The notes under the pieces are model-generated. The model searched no databases. It worked only from the letters and a program-made list of their open reading frames with translations, and had not been told where the DNA came from. From Adineta vaga (taxonomy: Eukaryota; Animalia; Rotifera): a stretch of DNA of 64,000 nt. The translations under genes were made by a program, and so were the position numbers. Shown in pieces: positions 40,364 through 53,653 of this stretch (the first letter of the stretch is position 1; every line of letters begins with the position of its first letter). Location: the NCBI GenBank assembly GCA_021613535.1, contig CP075495.1, forward strand, positions 7,564,001 through 7,628,000, in the 5' to 3' direction.

Positions 40364-40691
40364 AAACTTGATCTTTCAATTGATTGTTTATTAGTGACAT
40401 CTTTATAAAAAAAAGAATAAAATTTTATCAATTAAATATAGTATAAATTTTATATTATTTCATGAAATTTTATCTCATTTATATTCTATACAATCTATTC
40501 ATATTCTTCATATCATCTTTTTAATATCTTTTTTTAATAATCATCATAGATTTCCAATCATTTTTCTCTCCATATTTTACGTCTATTTATTTTTACCTAT
40601 ATGCTTGCTTAACTATCGTCGATCTTTTTCTAATATATACAAAGAAAAATAACAGCATCGCGACTAGTCTCGCGATAATTTTCTTCACAAA

Positions 40692-43614
40692 ATGAATAAA
40701 TTAACTCGATCAAATAGTCATGATAATATAGCATTAAATCCGATGTCAAAAATTATTCATTCAAAACCAACATCTCATGGTGCTGATCCATCGAGTCTTG
40801 GCGTTAAAGACAATGGTACATTGATGTCTTCATCAAGTGAATACGTTGCTTCACCATATCAGAATGCTTCATCAGCAATAGCTGTAAGTTTTCAAAGATA
40901 TCTCATCCTTTTAAATCTACAATCATCATGTTCATCATTCATTATAGGTACTCGATGTATTACCTCTAACTTTTGTAGGTGTTTCGTAAATTAGACTACT
41001 GTTCTCTTTCTTTTGTAAAAAAAAAGTTCTTTATCTGCATACGCTCATTTTTACATTGCTAATTTCAACTATGATTCTTTTGTTTTCTGGAATAATAAAG
41101 AGAGAATATTTGTTTATTATGATCTATTTTAGGGTGCAATACGAGGATATCTACCTGAACGACATCAACTTACAAACTTATCCATTCCAGAATTACAGCC
41201 AACAATTCTTTCGACAAAAGAATTATCTTTACCAGTTGATTTTCTTCCAGGTGAAGATGATGTAAAATTACGAGAAGGTAAAAGAACAAAAGTATTTCTA
41301 TGAAATAGAATCGTTCTATTGATTAGATATAACTTATCATGGTCATAAACGAAAAGTGATACATCACGGTGAATTAATTGTAACGAAATATCGTCTATTA
41401 TTTGTGACGAAATCAACCGATTCTAATGTTATGGTTAATGTACCAATTGGTATGATTAGTCAGATGGAAAAGATTGGTGGACAAAAATTTAGTCATATAA
41501 ACGATGGTGCTGCATATGGTATTGAAATTGATTGTAAAGTAAATAAATTTCTAATTGTAGAGAGAAAACATGCCACAATATTGACTTTTTTTCTAGGATA
41601 ATCGACGATTCTTTTTTGGTATTGCGAAAGAACAAAATCAACGACGTAATTTATTTGATCAATTAACTCGTTTGATATTCCCATTTTCGATTGCAAAGCC
41701 AGATAATACAAATCCACTTCAATTCTTTAGTGTAAAATGATAGATTAAATTAACTCTGATAATTTATGTTTCGTTTTCATTTTTAGTCATTCTTTGCATG
41801 GAATTATAAGCAGAAAATTTGTCCGGATACTATCGATGAAGGTTGGACTTTATATGATAAAGTTACAGATTATACAAGAATGGTAGATTTGATTAAAGAA
41901 TTGTTTTTGTTTTCTCAATATGTAAAATATTCTCTTCAGGGTATTCGACGACATGGTGATCCACATTGGAGTATAAATACTGAAATCAATAAAGATTATG
42001 CTCTCTGTGATACATATCCAAATGTTCTTGTTCTTCCAGCTAATTTTGATAGTTCGAGATTTCAAAATGTTGCTGCATTTCGTAGTCGAAATCGTATGCC
42101 TGTACGTTTGGAAACTTTTCTTTGTTTATTCTATTCTATATTGATGAGTAGGTTCTTAGTTGGTATTGTCGTGATAGTTATGTAACAATTACTCGTGCAA
42201 GTCAACCATTAACCGGTCTTAATCGAAAAAGTCAAGATGATGTTGAATATTTACAAGAAATAGCGAATACAAATGTGAATCAAAATTCCAGTTTATATAT
42301 TCTTGATGCTCGTCCCAAAGTCAATGCTATTGCTAATAAAGCAAATGGTGGTGGATATGAAGATTATTCGGATTGTGAATTAGAATTTCATAATATACAA
42401 AATATTCATGTGATGAGAGAAAGGTAATAGATTTGATTTGAAATAAATGAAGTATATTTTATTTGAAATAGTTTAAGTAAATTACATACAACTATTCGAC
42501 ATGGATCAAATGAAGATAAAAATTGGTTGATACACATTCGAGTATGAGAACATTTCGAAAGAACTATTATTTCAATTAATGTTTTTTTCTCTCCTATAGG
42601 CAATTCTAACATCTGTCAATCGAATTGTCTCCTTAGTTAATAATGATAAACGTTCGGTTTTAGTTCATTGTTCTGATGGATGGGATCGAACAGCTCAAGT
42701 AAGCAATAGATAATAAATTATTTCTCATATTCTATGATTGATTGTTTTCTTTTCTTATGATTAGCTTACTTCATTATCGATGTTAATACTAGATTCATAT
42801 TATCGAACATTGGATGGTTTTTTAATTTTAATTGAAAAAGAATGGATTAGTTTTGGTCATAAATTTCTCTTGGTAAGTTTTAAAATAGAACTATGAAGTA
42901 ATGATTTCATTTTCAATTCTGTTGTATAGAGAATTGGTCATGCAGATAAAATTTATTCCGAACGATCTCCTGTTTTCCTTCAATTTCTCGATTGTACATA
43001 TCAATTACTACAACAGGTAAATAGATTTTGTCTAACTCGTCTTTTTCTTTGACTGTAAAAAAGAATAAATACAAATCAATTTTTTTCCTTCTCTAGTTTG
43101 AATCTGCTTTTGAATTTAATGAAAAATTTCTACTAACAATTGCCGATTCTTTATATTCATGTCAATATGGGACATTTTTATTAAATTCTGAAAAATTACG
43201 TACCGATATGAAAATTTCCGAGTATACCATGTCAGCATGGACACCTATTTTACAAGACCGTAAGATGTATTTAAATCCCTTATATAATACAAAATCAAAT
43301 GAGATATTACAAATCAATTCTACATTAAATCAAATGAAATTATGGAAAAATTATTATTTTCAACATATGCCTGATTATCAATCGACAGTTGTAAGTATAT
43401 TTGACGACGAAAAAAGTTATTAATAAAAAACAAAATTATTTTTCTATTCTAGGATAAAAATACAAATCGTTATTCGACTTTACTTCATCTCCGAAACAAA
43501 CTTACCACTGAATCAAATCCTGTCCGACCAGATGACGATTCTTCTCAAACAAAATCTCGTACATCTTCTTATATTTTATCTGGTACACATAATCAAAATT
43601 CTCAAACAACATAG
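40692..43614 (+). CDS. Active myotubularin-family PI3P phosphatase (MTM1/MTMR1/MTMR2 clade)
   Basis: PH-GRAM ([12 protein letters not shown]...[14 protein letters not shown]...YGIEIDCKD), [44 protein letters not shown], catalytic [37 protein letters not shown]. Confidence 0.92.
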
Positions 43615-43832
43615 AACAGTATTTTTTTATATATGTATAATTATACAACGTATACAAAAGAATCTTTTTTTTCCTATTCTTGTTTAACAGTAATTTTCTC
43701 GATTGATTTGAATACTATATAAATATATATGAGTCATACGAATATGAATATAAATGAGTGTATTTTTTTTCTTTTTCTAGATCAAATTCTTCTCTGTAGT
43801 TATCAATAACAGCAGTAATAACTGAAGAAATA

Positions 43833-44263
43833 ATGGCCTTAAGCAATGATGAACTTGCCTGTATCTATGCAGCACTTATCTTAGCTGACGATAATGTCGA
43901 TATCAAAGGTGATAAAATTGCATCGATTCTAAAAGCTGCTAATTACGAAATTGAACCATATTGGCCCGGTCTCTTTGCTGGTGCATTAGAAGGTGTCAAA
44001 GTAACAGATCTTATTAAAAATATTGGTTCAGGTCCAGCAGCTCCAGCTGCATCTGCCGCTCCTGCTCAAGCTGCTACAACTGCAGCTGGTGATGATAAGA
44101 AAGGTGCTGGTGGTAAGGAAGCCGCGAAAAAAGAAGAAAAGAAAGACGATTCGGATGAAGGCGAAGATATGGTATACAGAAAAATCATTTGCTTTTTTCT
44201 CATGAGCAACTTTTTCGAATACTCTTTTTTTCTTCTATTTAGGGCTTCGGTTTATTCGATTAG
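43833..44263 (+). CDS. RPLP1: 60S acidic ribosomal protein P1
   Basis: ELACIYAALILADD...EPYWPGLFA...Ala-rich hinge...EEKKDDSDEGEDM|GFGLFD*; intron 44172-44242. Confidence 0.96.
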
Positions 44264-44569
44264 ATTCATCCAAATGTTAACACACATTACGTCATTGTCA
44301 TCGATCGTTTCTTTTCTTGTTTCACGAGTGTATGTGTGTGTATTGTTTACGATTTCAAAATAACATAAGAAAAAAAAAGGAGAAAAACAATTGTCAATAT
44401 CATACTGTAAAATATGTGTTCTACTAATTAGAAGGAATGTTTCGTTAGATAGCTATGATTTGTTCAGTAAAACTGATGGACGCATGTTTATTTCAATATG
44501 GATAAAAACAGGATAAACTAATGAGAAAAGAAAATGGAGAATTTAGTTAATATAAAGTATGTTCAAACT

Positions 44570-45418
44570 TTAAAAAAGTATAATCATAATTAATGTAACT
44601 ATGAATAATAAAAGTCCAGATATGGTTGAATAGCATGCATGATTGTTTGTCAAACCTCCTGAAAAAGCTACAATTGAACCATCTCTTGGTATAGTTACAT
44701 TTGATTGAAGTTGAAATAGGCTTCCTTGATCAAAATAGGATGATTTAACAGGAGGAAATCTATTATTGAAATTCTCTTGTTGTGGCACCACACGTACATC
44801 GTTTTCATCATCTAAATTCAGACAGAAAAATCGATACAAGATATTCATTAGCAATAGAACTTACGTGGACAAAATGTTCGATTTGATACTTCAGGACAAC
44901 GATCGGTAGCTGAATATAATGGTGGTGTTTTTGTTAATCCACATGTCTTTGCTAATAATTCATTAGTTATATCATCTACGAGACGTTCTTGAAAATCTAA
45001 TGGACGATATCCATTTGCATGTATTCCCCATTTCTCCAGAAAAACAACGTACAAATATCCACGATCAAGCCATTGACAAGCAGTATGACCTGATTTAATA
45101 CCTTGAATATATAAATAAGTAGGAATTATATAGAAGATCATTGAATGAAAAATCATTTTCTTTACCTGCATCCGTTATTTCAATTGGACTTTGAATTGCT
45201 GGTCCTTTGAAAATACAATCAACGCGAAAACTAACATTAAAAAGTAATTCTGTATCAGAATCAACATAAACTCGTTTTCCAACAACTTCACCAAAAATAA
45301 CAATTGGTGAACGTAAAATTTTCTCGTGAAATAAGACGCCATTGTTGATGCATCGTCGACGTGCTAGATTAGTTTTAATAAAACATATTAAATATAAGAT
45401 TAATAATCTTCGAATCAT
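44570..45418 (-). CDS. Secreted, probably GPI-anchored or C-terminally anchored protein with an NtA (agrin N-terminal)/TIMP-like OB-fold domain; 3 exons
   Basis: Signal peptide; EKILRSPIVIFGEVV...FRVDCIFKG...IEITDAG|IKSGHTACQWLDRGYLYVVFL resembles the NtA/NTR pattern; hydrophobic C-terminus with no cytosolic tail. Confidence 0.6.
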
Positions 45419-48400
45419 GATTGGTTTGTTTTATGTAAATGAGATGAATATATGTCCAAGCGTAAAAGAAGTTCACGTATTGACAGAATGAACGTTCGTG
45501 TTTATGTCAGTTGAATCTATTGAAAAAAGAAATGTTTCGTCTTTTAAGGTAGAAATGGACGAATGAATTGAATGGGTCAGAGGTTAGAGTTAGTTTGTTT
45601 TGTCATGGAAGAATAGGAAAGCAAAAAATGAAGAAACGTGAGAGAAAAGAATGCATTGACGATTCAGTTTTTTTCTTTGATATATTTGTCACATACGAAA
45701 AGTTCTATCCTATCATATTTCTCTAATAGAAAAACTAACTTACGTAGTATTATTTGGAAATGAATAAATATAATAGGATAGTGTAATCTCAATTTCGAAA
45801 AAAAAAGAAATAATCATTTCAATATTATCTAACGGAGTATTCCTTTCGCAACATATCGCACGCAAATCCCAACAAAATTGCTCATGTCAATAGGATATAA
45901 CTTAGTGATAATTATTTCGTTATGAGAAGAAATGCAAACATCAGAGAATGATCAGCTGCTGCTAATCAGTCACATAGTGTCAATGTTTCATGAAATAGAT
46001 CGCAAATATTCTATTGAAATTGTTTGTACGTTTGATTTCTCTGTTTGTTCACCTACTTGACAATTAATGAACGGAAAAAAAAGAGATGAATTTTACGTAC
46101 AAATAAGAAGAACATTCAAATTTTCAAGGTTCTTGTATGAGTAAAATAATGTTAAAAAAAGAAATCTGGTTTAAGATTGATCATGACGGGCAGTAAAACG
46201 TCTGCGACGTCTGTCTGAGTGATTGAGGATTGTCCGTAAGGTATGAAAAGTTCTCAAAAATCGAGTAGTTGCTTTTAAGTTGATACTACGTTCAAAAATG
46301 TAGATGACTATAGAACATCATACGAATAATTTTCAAATCCTATTTGAAAAAAGAATATCGAGATATTAATAGATTTTTTTGATTTTGTATTGAATCTTCA
46401 TTGAAGAAATATTTAGTATTATAATACACATACATCTATGTTATCAATTTTTATCTTCATATCGATTCTCATCTTTCAATGAAATTTGACATCATGTAAT
46501 TCATATTCAAAATTCGAATTGTTTTCGACGATTAATCATACGTATTACATACAATCAATAATGATAATACTATCGATTTTACTAGTAAGAAAAGAAACAG
46601 GTTGATATGACTGACGGATCTCATATATATATATATATACATATACAGTTGATTGAGTAGCATCACTAAAATGATCGGTGTTATGAGTATATTCAAATAT
46701 AAATGGAAATTTTTTCGTCTTGCTTTAAATCTCGTCATTTTGATTGAAAGAATATTCATAATCACAATAAAAAGCCAGCATAGGTGTAGTTTTTTTTTAA
46801 AAACTATTGAAAAATAAGAACTGCTACTATCGTATAATGAATAGGTTAACACAAGAGAGATGTGCAGACATCAACATATATGCATGTATGTCGATTTGAG
46901 ATAGAGTAAAAGCATAGCATGACGAAACGATTATCATTCACCCGGCAAATTGCATCAAGTACGCGTTATTATGTAGCATTCAACAGAATTCATAAATCTT
47001 TCTATACATCAAAGTTCCTTGTCAAAGATACGTTGATATCATTAACAAGGACACAAGTATACTGGAAAGACTTTTTGCTGGATAAGTTTTGTTTCTCTTA
47101 TAATTCTAAATTACTTTGTCTATCATATAAGAATATTCTCATTACTTAACAACTGCGTAATAAAAACAGTGTTGATGTAAATATACCCATCGTCAAGTCT
47201 CTCTAACAGTTGACAATGAAGTTTACAATAATGAGATGAAGTGTAGATATATTTATGTATCTATATCTTTTCTAGAGATATAGACAAACGATTCTATTAC
47301 GAAAGAATCCAACAAGGAAATAGACATTTGTCAAAGAAAAAGCTCGTTCTACAAATCAAATGTCGGGATGTCACAACAATCCATATCTGCTGTCTATGGA
47401 TGTTGTTAGATGCTGAGATGAACAAGTAACAAGGCTGTTGTATGCACTCGCTAATGTAAATGTAAATGTCATTTTTGTCTTTTGTACAATCGTTCGATTC
47501 TCTCTCTCTCCCTCTCGTATTGCATCATATACCTTGAATGTATAATCATCACTTAGATGATCAGTAGCAGTCCTTTGATTAACAATAGATGCTCGATACT
47601 ACAAAAAGACATTTGTTGCTTTCTTTTTTCCGATATTCTTTGTTTCATTATCGATACGATCTTTATTCTAAAGGCAACAATATGGTGGTAAGATTGCAGC
47701 AACAATCAATCAGACGAATATCGATCGGATTGATCTGTTTGAAGGTTGATAGATGATTATGGAAGCTTCCTTGTGCTTCAGAAATTCTCAATACTGAATA
47801 GAAAGGTACTGTAACAGACTGCTTTATAAGTTAATTTTAATAGATATTTTCATTCTTGTTTTGCAAAAAAACCAAACGAGAAATATTTGCTACTTTTGCT
47901 ATTCTTTTATCTGAAGCGTGTAATTTTCACTGTGCATGTACCTTTTTTGTATGGAATATATTTGAATACAAACTATTCGATCTATTGACTGACTCCTATC
48001 TGTATTATGGCCTTGAATAAAAAAATACGGCGAGAGCGAATAGAGTAGAAAAAACATAGAGAACCTAGAAGGCTCTCTGTCTACAACTGTGTATGATTAC
48101 ATGTATGTATACACATTCTTCCTTCTTTTTTAGTAAGATTTCGTCCCTCAGTTTGAGTGTCACCGTCATTGTGTGCAATGAGTAGGAGAAACGAGACGAC
48201 AAAAAACGAAATTGGGACACGTATACACATGCACACATCGACTTGATACGTATGTGAATGTATGTGTAAGTGTGAGAGAAGCAGAGAGCATAAAAGCACG
48301 AAAAGAAAAGAAACAAAGAGAAATGATTGCATTAACGCAAGTCGTGCACACGAATATGCATATGTAAAAAAAATGCGAAGAGAAGAAAAAAACGAAAAGA

Positions 48401-50188
48401 GCACAAACGCTGTAAGAGGGTGGTGCAAAGACAAGATGTCTATATGTATGCGCATGCATTTTATTTTATGATTATTCTTTCTCGTTTCTTTTTCTCTTTA
48501 TATTTTTTTATAATCTACTGTTCGTTAGTCTTGATGATAATTATTATAAGATCAGCTGTTCGAATATTATATATGAAGATCAATCTGTGCATCTCTTCTG
48601 TTCTGTTATCATCTTTTCGACTAGTTTTGTTCTGAATATCATCATTCCTATCGGTATGTAAGCACTGAGCTCTTCATCTCTCGTTTACTTTCATATTTTT
48701 ACACATTTAGTTTTTGAAAAAAAAGCATAGAAAGAACAAGTAAAGAAGAAAAAGAGAGGGAGAGAGAGAAAGACAGAGTGGGAGAGTAAAAAGAGAAAAC
48801 AGCGAATATCTATGCAGTGTCTTTGTGTTACTCTTTTTCGTATGTTTGTCACCACTTTAGTATTTACGCGTAAGTAAGAAGCAGTAGCGTAAGATGCGAA
48901 AGCAATTACAACCAAGGAAAGAAAGGGAAGAAGAAAGAAACTCGAAGGCCATGTCCTCCATGCTTGCAAAAGCGAGTAGAGTCGCAAGATATCTCAATAG
49001 ACGAAAAAAGTAAGAAGAGAAAAAAGAGAGTACAATGCAAAGGAGTCGTTGCCTTTGTCGCGCGCTTCTATTTGTATTGTCATTACGATTACATTGCCGA
49101 CAGGCGACGGTAGTCTTCTTGCACGAAAAAAAAACAGTTTTTGGCGATGCTTAATCGACGATCAGGTGAGTATATATATATATATACGTATGTCAATAAT
49201 GGCAACTATTCTTCATATAAAAAAAAGACTTCCAACGATCGTCACATGGCTAGCTGATCAGTCATAAATGGAAATAAACTTTTATCTGACAGTTTAGCCG
49301 TGTATGGATCTGAGAAGATTAATCAACGCTTATTTATGATCTATTGTTTTAGAGAGAAGAAAATAAAGAATAATTATATGTCGTTTGTAAAATATATATT
49401 TAAAAAAAAAGTATACTTCAATAATTGTATCTTATTTATATCATTATACCAATTGGAAAATCGTAGAAACAATCATAACATATCCGTTATATGCACATAA
49501 ATCTTTATTGACTATGAATGTGTATTCAATTAACATTGTTTATAATAGACATCATTAAAATAGAATATTAGAGCGAATATGAAGTTATTATTGCTTGTTT
49601 CAATGAAGATAACGTGTACTTTGTATTGATAAATAAAATAACAATTGAATGATTGAGTTGACTTTATATTTATATATATATATATATATCTATAATAAAC
49701 CTTCTTAAACGATCTCAAATGTTTCTTTAATAGTAAAAATCATGATTTTTCGGAAATACCAAAAAGAAATGAAGAAACTCGATACCTCAATATTCATATA
49801 ACCATGATTGATGATATTATATGTATTCAAAAGTTAAAAAATGCAAAGTAAAAGATTCTTTAAACGTAATCTTCGTTGCCAAGTTTCAAAAATTTGATAT
49901 CAAGAAATATCTTATCATTCATTCATACATGAATTCTCTTTCTATTTATTGTTCAGTATTATTCATTCATTTCGACCTAGGTCACCGAAGATAACACTAT
50001 GAAAAAAAAACTCACTTAACTTTAGATCCACTCATGAATGAAAATGAGCCGTTTGAATAGATAACACATCTATCGAAATGAAAGCGGATATGTATTATTA
50101 GATAAGACAAGAAGAAATAGGATAAATAGACGATTATATAAATGAAAATTTGAATCATTATTCATTTCAAATTGTTTTTCTTGCTCGA

Positions 50189-51690
50189 ATGAAGTTACAT
50201 TTACTTTTCTTTGGTATTCTTATATTTGGTTGTATAATCAAAACTCAAGATGCTTTGTTTACTAATGGACGTTCATTACAGGAGGTATGATAAAAAGATA
50301 AATTTGCTATTTGCATAAATGTAAGAAAACAAATCCACCATATTTTTCGCGAAATTTTAGGTTATCGATGAGACAATGGACAAGGCAATGACGAAAGTAT
50401 CGAAGAAATTACAAGATAAATTAGAAGTTTTAAAAGATAATAAATATGCTCTTAAACTTTGGAAATTGTATAAGAGATTTTATCATAAAAATTATTCCAC
50501 AGCTGAAGAAGAAAAAGAACGTTTAGGAAAATTTATTGATAATTTAAAAATAATCGTTCAAGAAAATTTTCGTTTTGATGAAGGTCTTAAATCATTTAAA
50601 TTACAATTAAATCAATTTGGTGATATGAACTTAGATGAGTTTCGTCAGAAATTAACAGGCCTAAATGCCGATGGGCAAGGAGAAAAACCAGCGGGTGAAG
50701 TTCGTACTGAACAAGAACAAACACGTGATCGTTTTCGACGAATGTTTTTTGATTCAGTGAAAAAGAAAATTAAGAAGAAAATCAAAGATAAAATTAATAA
50801 AAAATTAACACCTGGAAGCAGTCAATCACGTACTTCAGGATCGACATATTATTCATCGGGAACACGAGTTAATCCTAGTGCAAAACGGCCAACCAGTGTT
50901 AAAGCAAGTAAAGGAACAGTCGATTATCGACAATATATGAATCCTGTGGAAAATCAAGGTCGTTGTGGGTTAGTTCTTATATTTTAATTGCAATTGAAAA
51001 GAAATCTTTTTACGAAATACTACTTTCATTTCTTAGATCATGTTATGCATTTGCTGTTACAGCCGCCATTGAAGGTACACATTCATTAAAGAAAAATCAA
51101 CGATTTAAATTATCCAAACAACAATTAGTCGATTGTTCACCAAGTAATGGTTGTTCAGGTGGTTATTTAGGTGCAACATTTGATTATATTAAACAACGTG
51201 GTGGCCTTGAACCAGATACATCATATCCATATGCAAATACTCGACAAACATGTAGTTTAAAAGCGAGAAAAGTCGGAGCTATATCGGGTTATGGTAATAC
51301 ACCACGAGGTGATGAAGAAGCAATGAAACAAGCTTTAAGTACTTATGGACCATTGGCTGCTGCTATTCATACAACAACAGATTTACAATTCTATGGTGGT
51401 TCAAAAGGTGGCCGTGGATCAGATATACTCGATATACCTTTATGTTCCAAACAAGTTGATCATGCTATAGTTATTGTTGGTTATGGTACAGAAAATGGCA
51501 AAGATTATTGGTGTATGTATTGAGGATTTCATTTAACAAAAAAAGATGAATTCTGTGGGTTTTATTTTCTATTTTAGTGGTTCGAAATTCTTGGGGAGAG
51601 AAGTGGGGTCTTGATGGTTATTTCAAAATTGCTCGAAATAAAAATAGTATGTGTGGCATAGGAACATATGGTTATTATGCTATCGTTTAA
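50189..51690 (+). CDS. Cathepsin L-like papain-family (C1A) cysteine protease with I29 propeptide; 4 exons
   Basis: Signal peptide; ERFNIN-like [13 protein letters not shown]; LNQFGDM; VDYR...PVENQGRCG|SCYAF (catalytic Cys); [10 protein letters not shown]; [11 protein letters not shown] (His); VRNSWG (Asn). Confidence 0.93.
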
Positions 51691-51812
51691 TATTGTGTTT
51701 TCCTTATTCACTATTTTTTTTCATTTCATGGATTGCTTGTATTAATGAAAAATATGCTTTACTTTCATCATAATAAATTAAAAAGAGAATACTCTTTTCC
51801 TTGTCTCAAAGA

Positions 51813-51824
51813 AAATAACTGACG
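51813..51824 (+). promoter_or_regulatory. AAATAACTGACG upstream element containing a CRE half-site (TGACG)
   Basis: The identical 12-mer lies ~200 nt upstream of both paralogous precursor ATGs. Confidence 0.5.
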
Positions 51825-52023
51825 CAGTAATAGGGCAACAGTAGTAGCATCAAACTTGCTTGTCAGAAGCATAATTCTTCTTCTTCTTTCTTCTTCTTCT
51901 CTTTCTTCTCTTTTGTCTATATAAAAACATCGTCTATTTTGCAGTAAAATGACACTTCTATAGTCAATTACAACAAGTGAAATACTCTCAAACACAAACT
52001 AATCTCTTCAATAGTGATCCAAC

Positions 52024-52347
52024 ATGTTTTCATCAACAATCGTTTGCAACATTGTACGAATATACATGGCTTTATTAGTAGTAAATATTGTCTTTGGCTT
52101 TGATGAAATATCTGATGACAATCGACGATTTAATTCGTTATTAAAGCAACGTTCAGCAGAAAATGATAATGAGTATGTTTGGTTTACACGTGATCTTCAT
52201 AATACTATGGTTAATGACGATGCTCGTGAATTAATCAAACGTGGATCCTTGGGTAAATTTCAACATTTACCTCGTCCAAAAACGAACAATCCTGGTAGTT
52301 CACGCAAATATCGATCAATTCAAAAGTCTATGAATCAATTCCAATGA
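52024..52347 (+). CDS. Secreted peptide (neuropeptide-like) precursor A
   Basis: Hydrophobic signal region; RR, KR and RK sites; QRSAENDNEYVWFTRDLH shared with the downstream paralog; TATA-like box ~51918; AATAAA just after the stop. Confidence 0.7.
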   Translation: MFSSTIVCNIVRIYMALLVVNIVFGFDEISDDNRRFNSLLKQRSAENDNEYVWFTRDLHNTMVNDDARELIKRGSLGKFQHLPRPKTNNPGSSRKYRSIQKSMNQFQ

Positions 52348-53101
52348 AAAATGAAGAAATAAAATTAATCTTTCAAAAATCGTTTTAATTGTTGTAAAAT
52401 CCTATATATTCAAAGATATTTTTTCAAAGTCGGCCAAAGAAAATGAAGTATCATCTGATTTTTCATTCCATCTAGTACTCTTTTGTTTTCTGTAGTGAAC
52501 AAAATAAAATATCCATTCGAATGTATTTGCCGAACTAATAATCTTATGTCTTTCATTCTCTTCAAAAAAAAAAACAAAGTCAGATATTATCTACTGTTTA
52601 CGAGCACATCCCCTAGAAAATTCACTGAAGGGAAAGCATTTTGTTAATTATCATGTCTCTGACGATAGCATACTACCTGGCAAGAAAAAACAGCACATAG
52701 AACGTCATTTGAATATTAATTTTCATCTGTCAAATTCATATTTAAAGACTACTTTATCTGAGATCTAAAGAGTGATAGTAGACAAACAGATACTTTGATT
52801 GCTAACAACGAATCATATAAATTATTTTACGGGAGTATTATTCAATCTCTCAATACATTGATTTTAGTTGGCGGAAAATGTTCTTGTCGATTACGAATGC
52901 AAAAGATAAGCTATTTCATGTATATTATCAAACAAAAATAGTTCATCCTAGCCGCCTAAAGTATATGAGATTTACAATAGCTATAGGTAGACATTTTAAT
53001 TAAAATTGACTTTTTCTATTATTTTGCACCTTTATATTTACTTACATGTCATTTGATCAATTATATCCATTTTGAAAACTATGATAATTCTATATTGTAG
53101 T

Positions 53102-53113
53102 AAATAACTGACG
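53102..53113 (+). promoter_or_regulatory. Second AAATAACTGACG element (CRE half-site)
   Basis: Same 12-mer and near-identical spacing to the ATG at 53318. Confidence 0.5.
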
Positions 53114-53317
53114 TGTCAACATAGAGATACACATAAAGAGAGAAAAATCAAGTATCTCTACTATACGTGCTATTTATTCTGATTAATGATTTTTTCCTAT
53201 GATAAAAGGAAATTTAAGCAATAGAACATGACACATTTCTCCGTTTTTTTATTTCTATTCACACACGTATTGTGACATAAATTTTGACAAGTTAGCATTT
53301 CCTCAACTATTACAAAA

Positions 53318-53653
53318 ATGATCACATCCGGAATCCGAAACATTATCCAATTCTTTTGTATTCTAATATTATTCAATATGATAGCTGCTGTTTATCTAAA
53401 TCCTCGTGAACATCGACATCCATACGTATACAACAATCAACGATCTGCTGATAGTGGATACAGATACGCTTGGTTTACTAGAGATATTCATGATGATCCA
53501 GATAGAGATGATGGAAACAATTCTTTAGAACAGCAACGAGAACAACAATTATCTCCACAAGAAACTCTTCGTCTGAAAACGCCCAAAAGTATTTTCAATC
53601 GACAATATCAAAATAATGACGAGACTATGGTCGAATCAAATGAAAATCGTTAA
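53318..53653 (+). CDS. Secreted peptide (neuropeptide-like) precursor B
   Basis: Signal peptide (IIQFFCILILFNMIAA); QRSADSGYRYAWFTRDIH; AATAAA after the stop. Confidence 0.7.
   Translation: MITSGIRNIIQFFCILILFNMIAAVYLNPREHRHPYVYNNQRSADSGYRYAWFTRDIHDDPDRDDGNNSLEQQREQQLSPQETLRLKTPKSIFNRQYQNNDETMVESNENR

Noticed and set aside
45500-50100. ORFs in the 4.6-kb interval between the NtA-like and cathepsin genes
   Set aside because: Low-complexity overlapping frames with no consistent exon chain. A lncRNA or tiny gene cannot be excluded but is unsupported.
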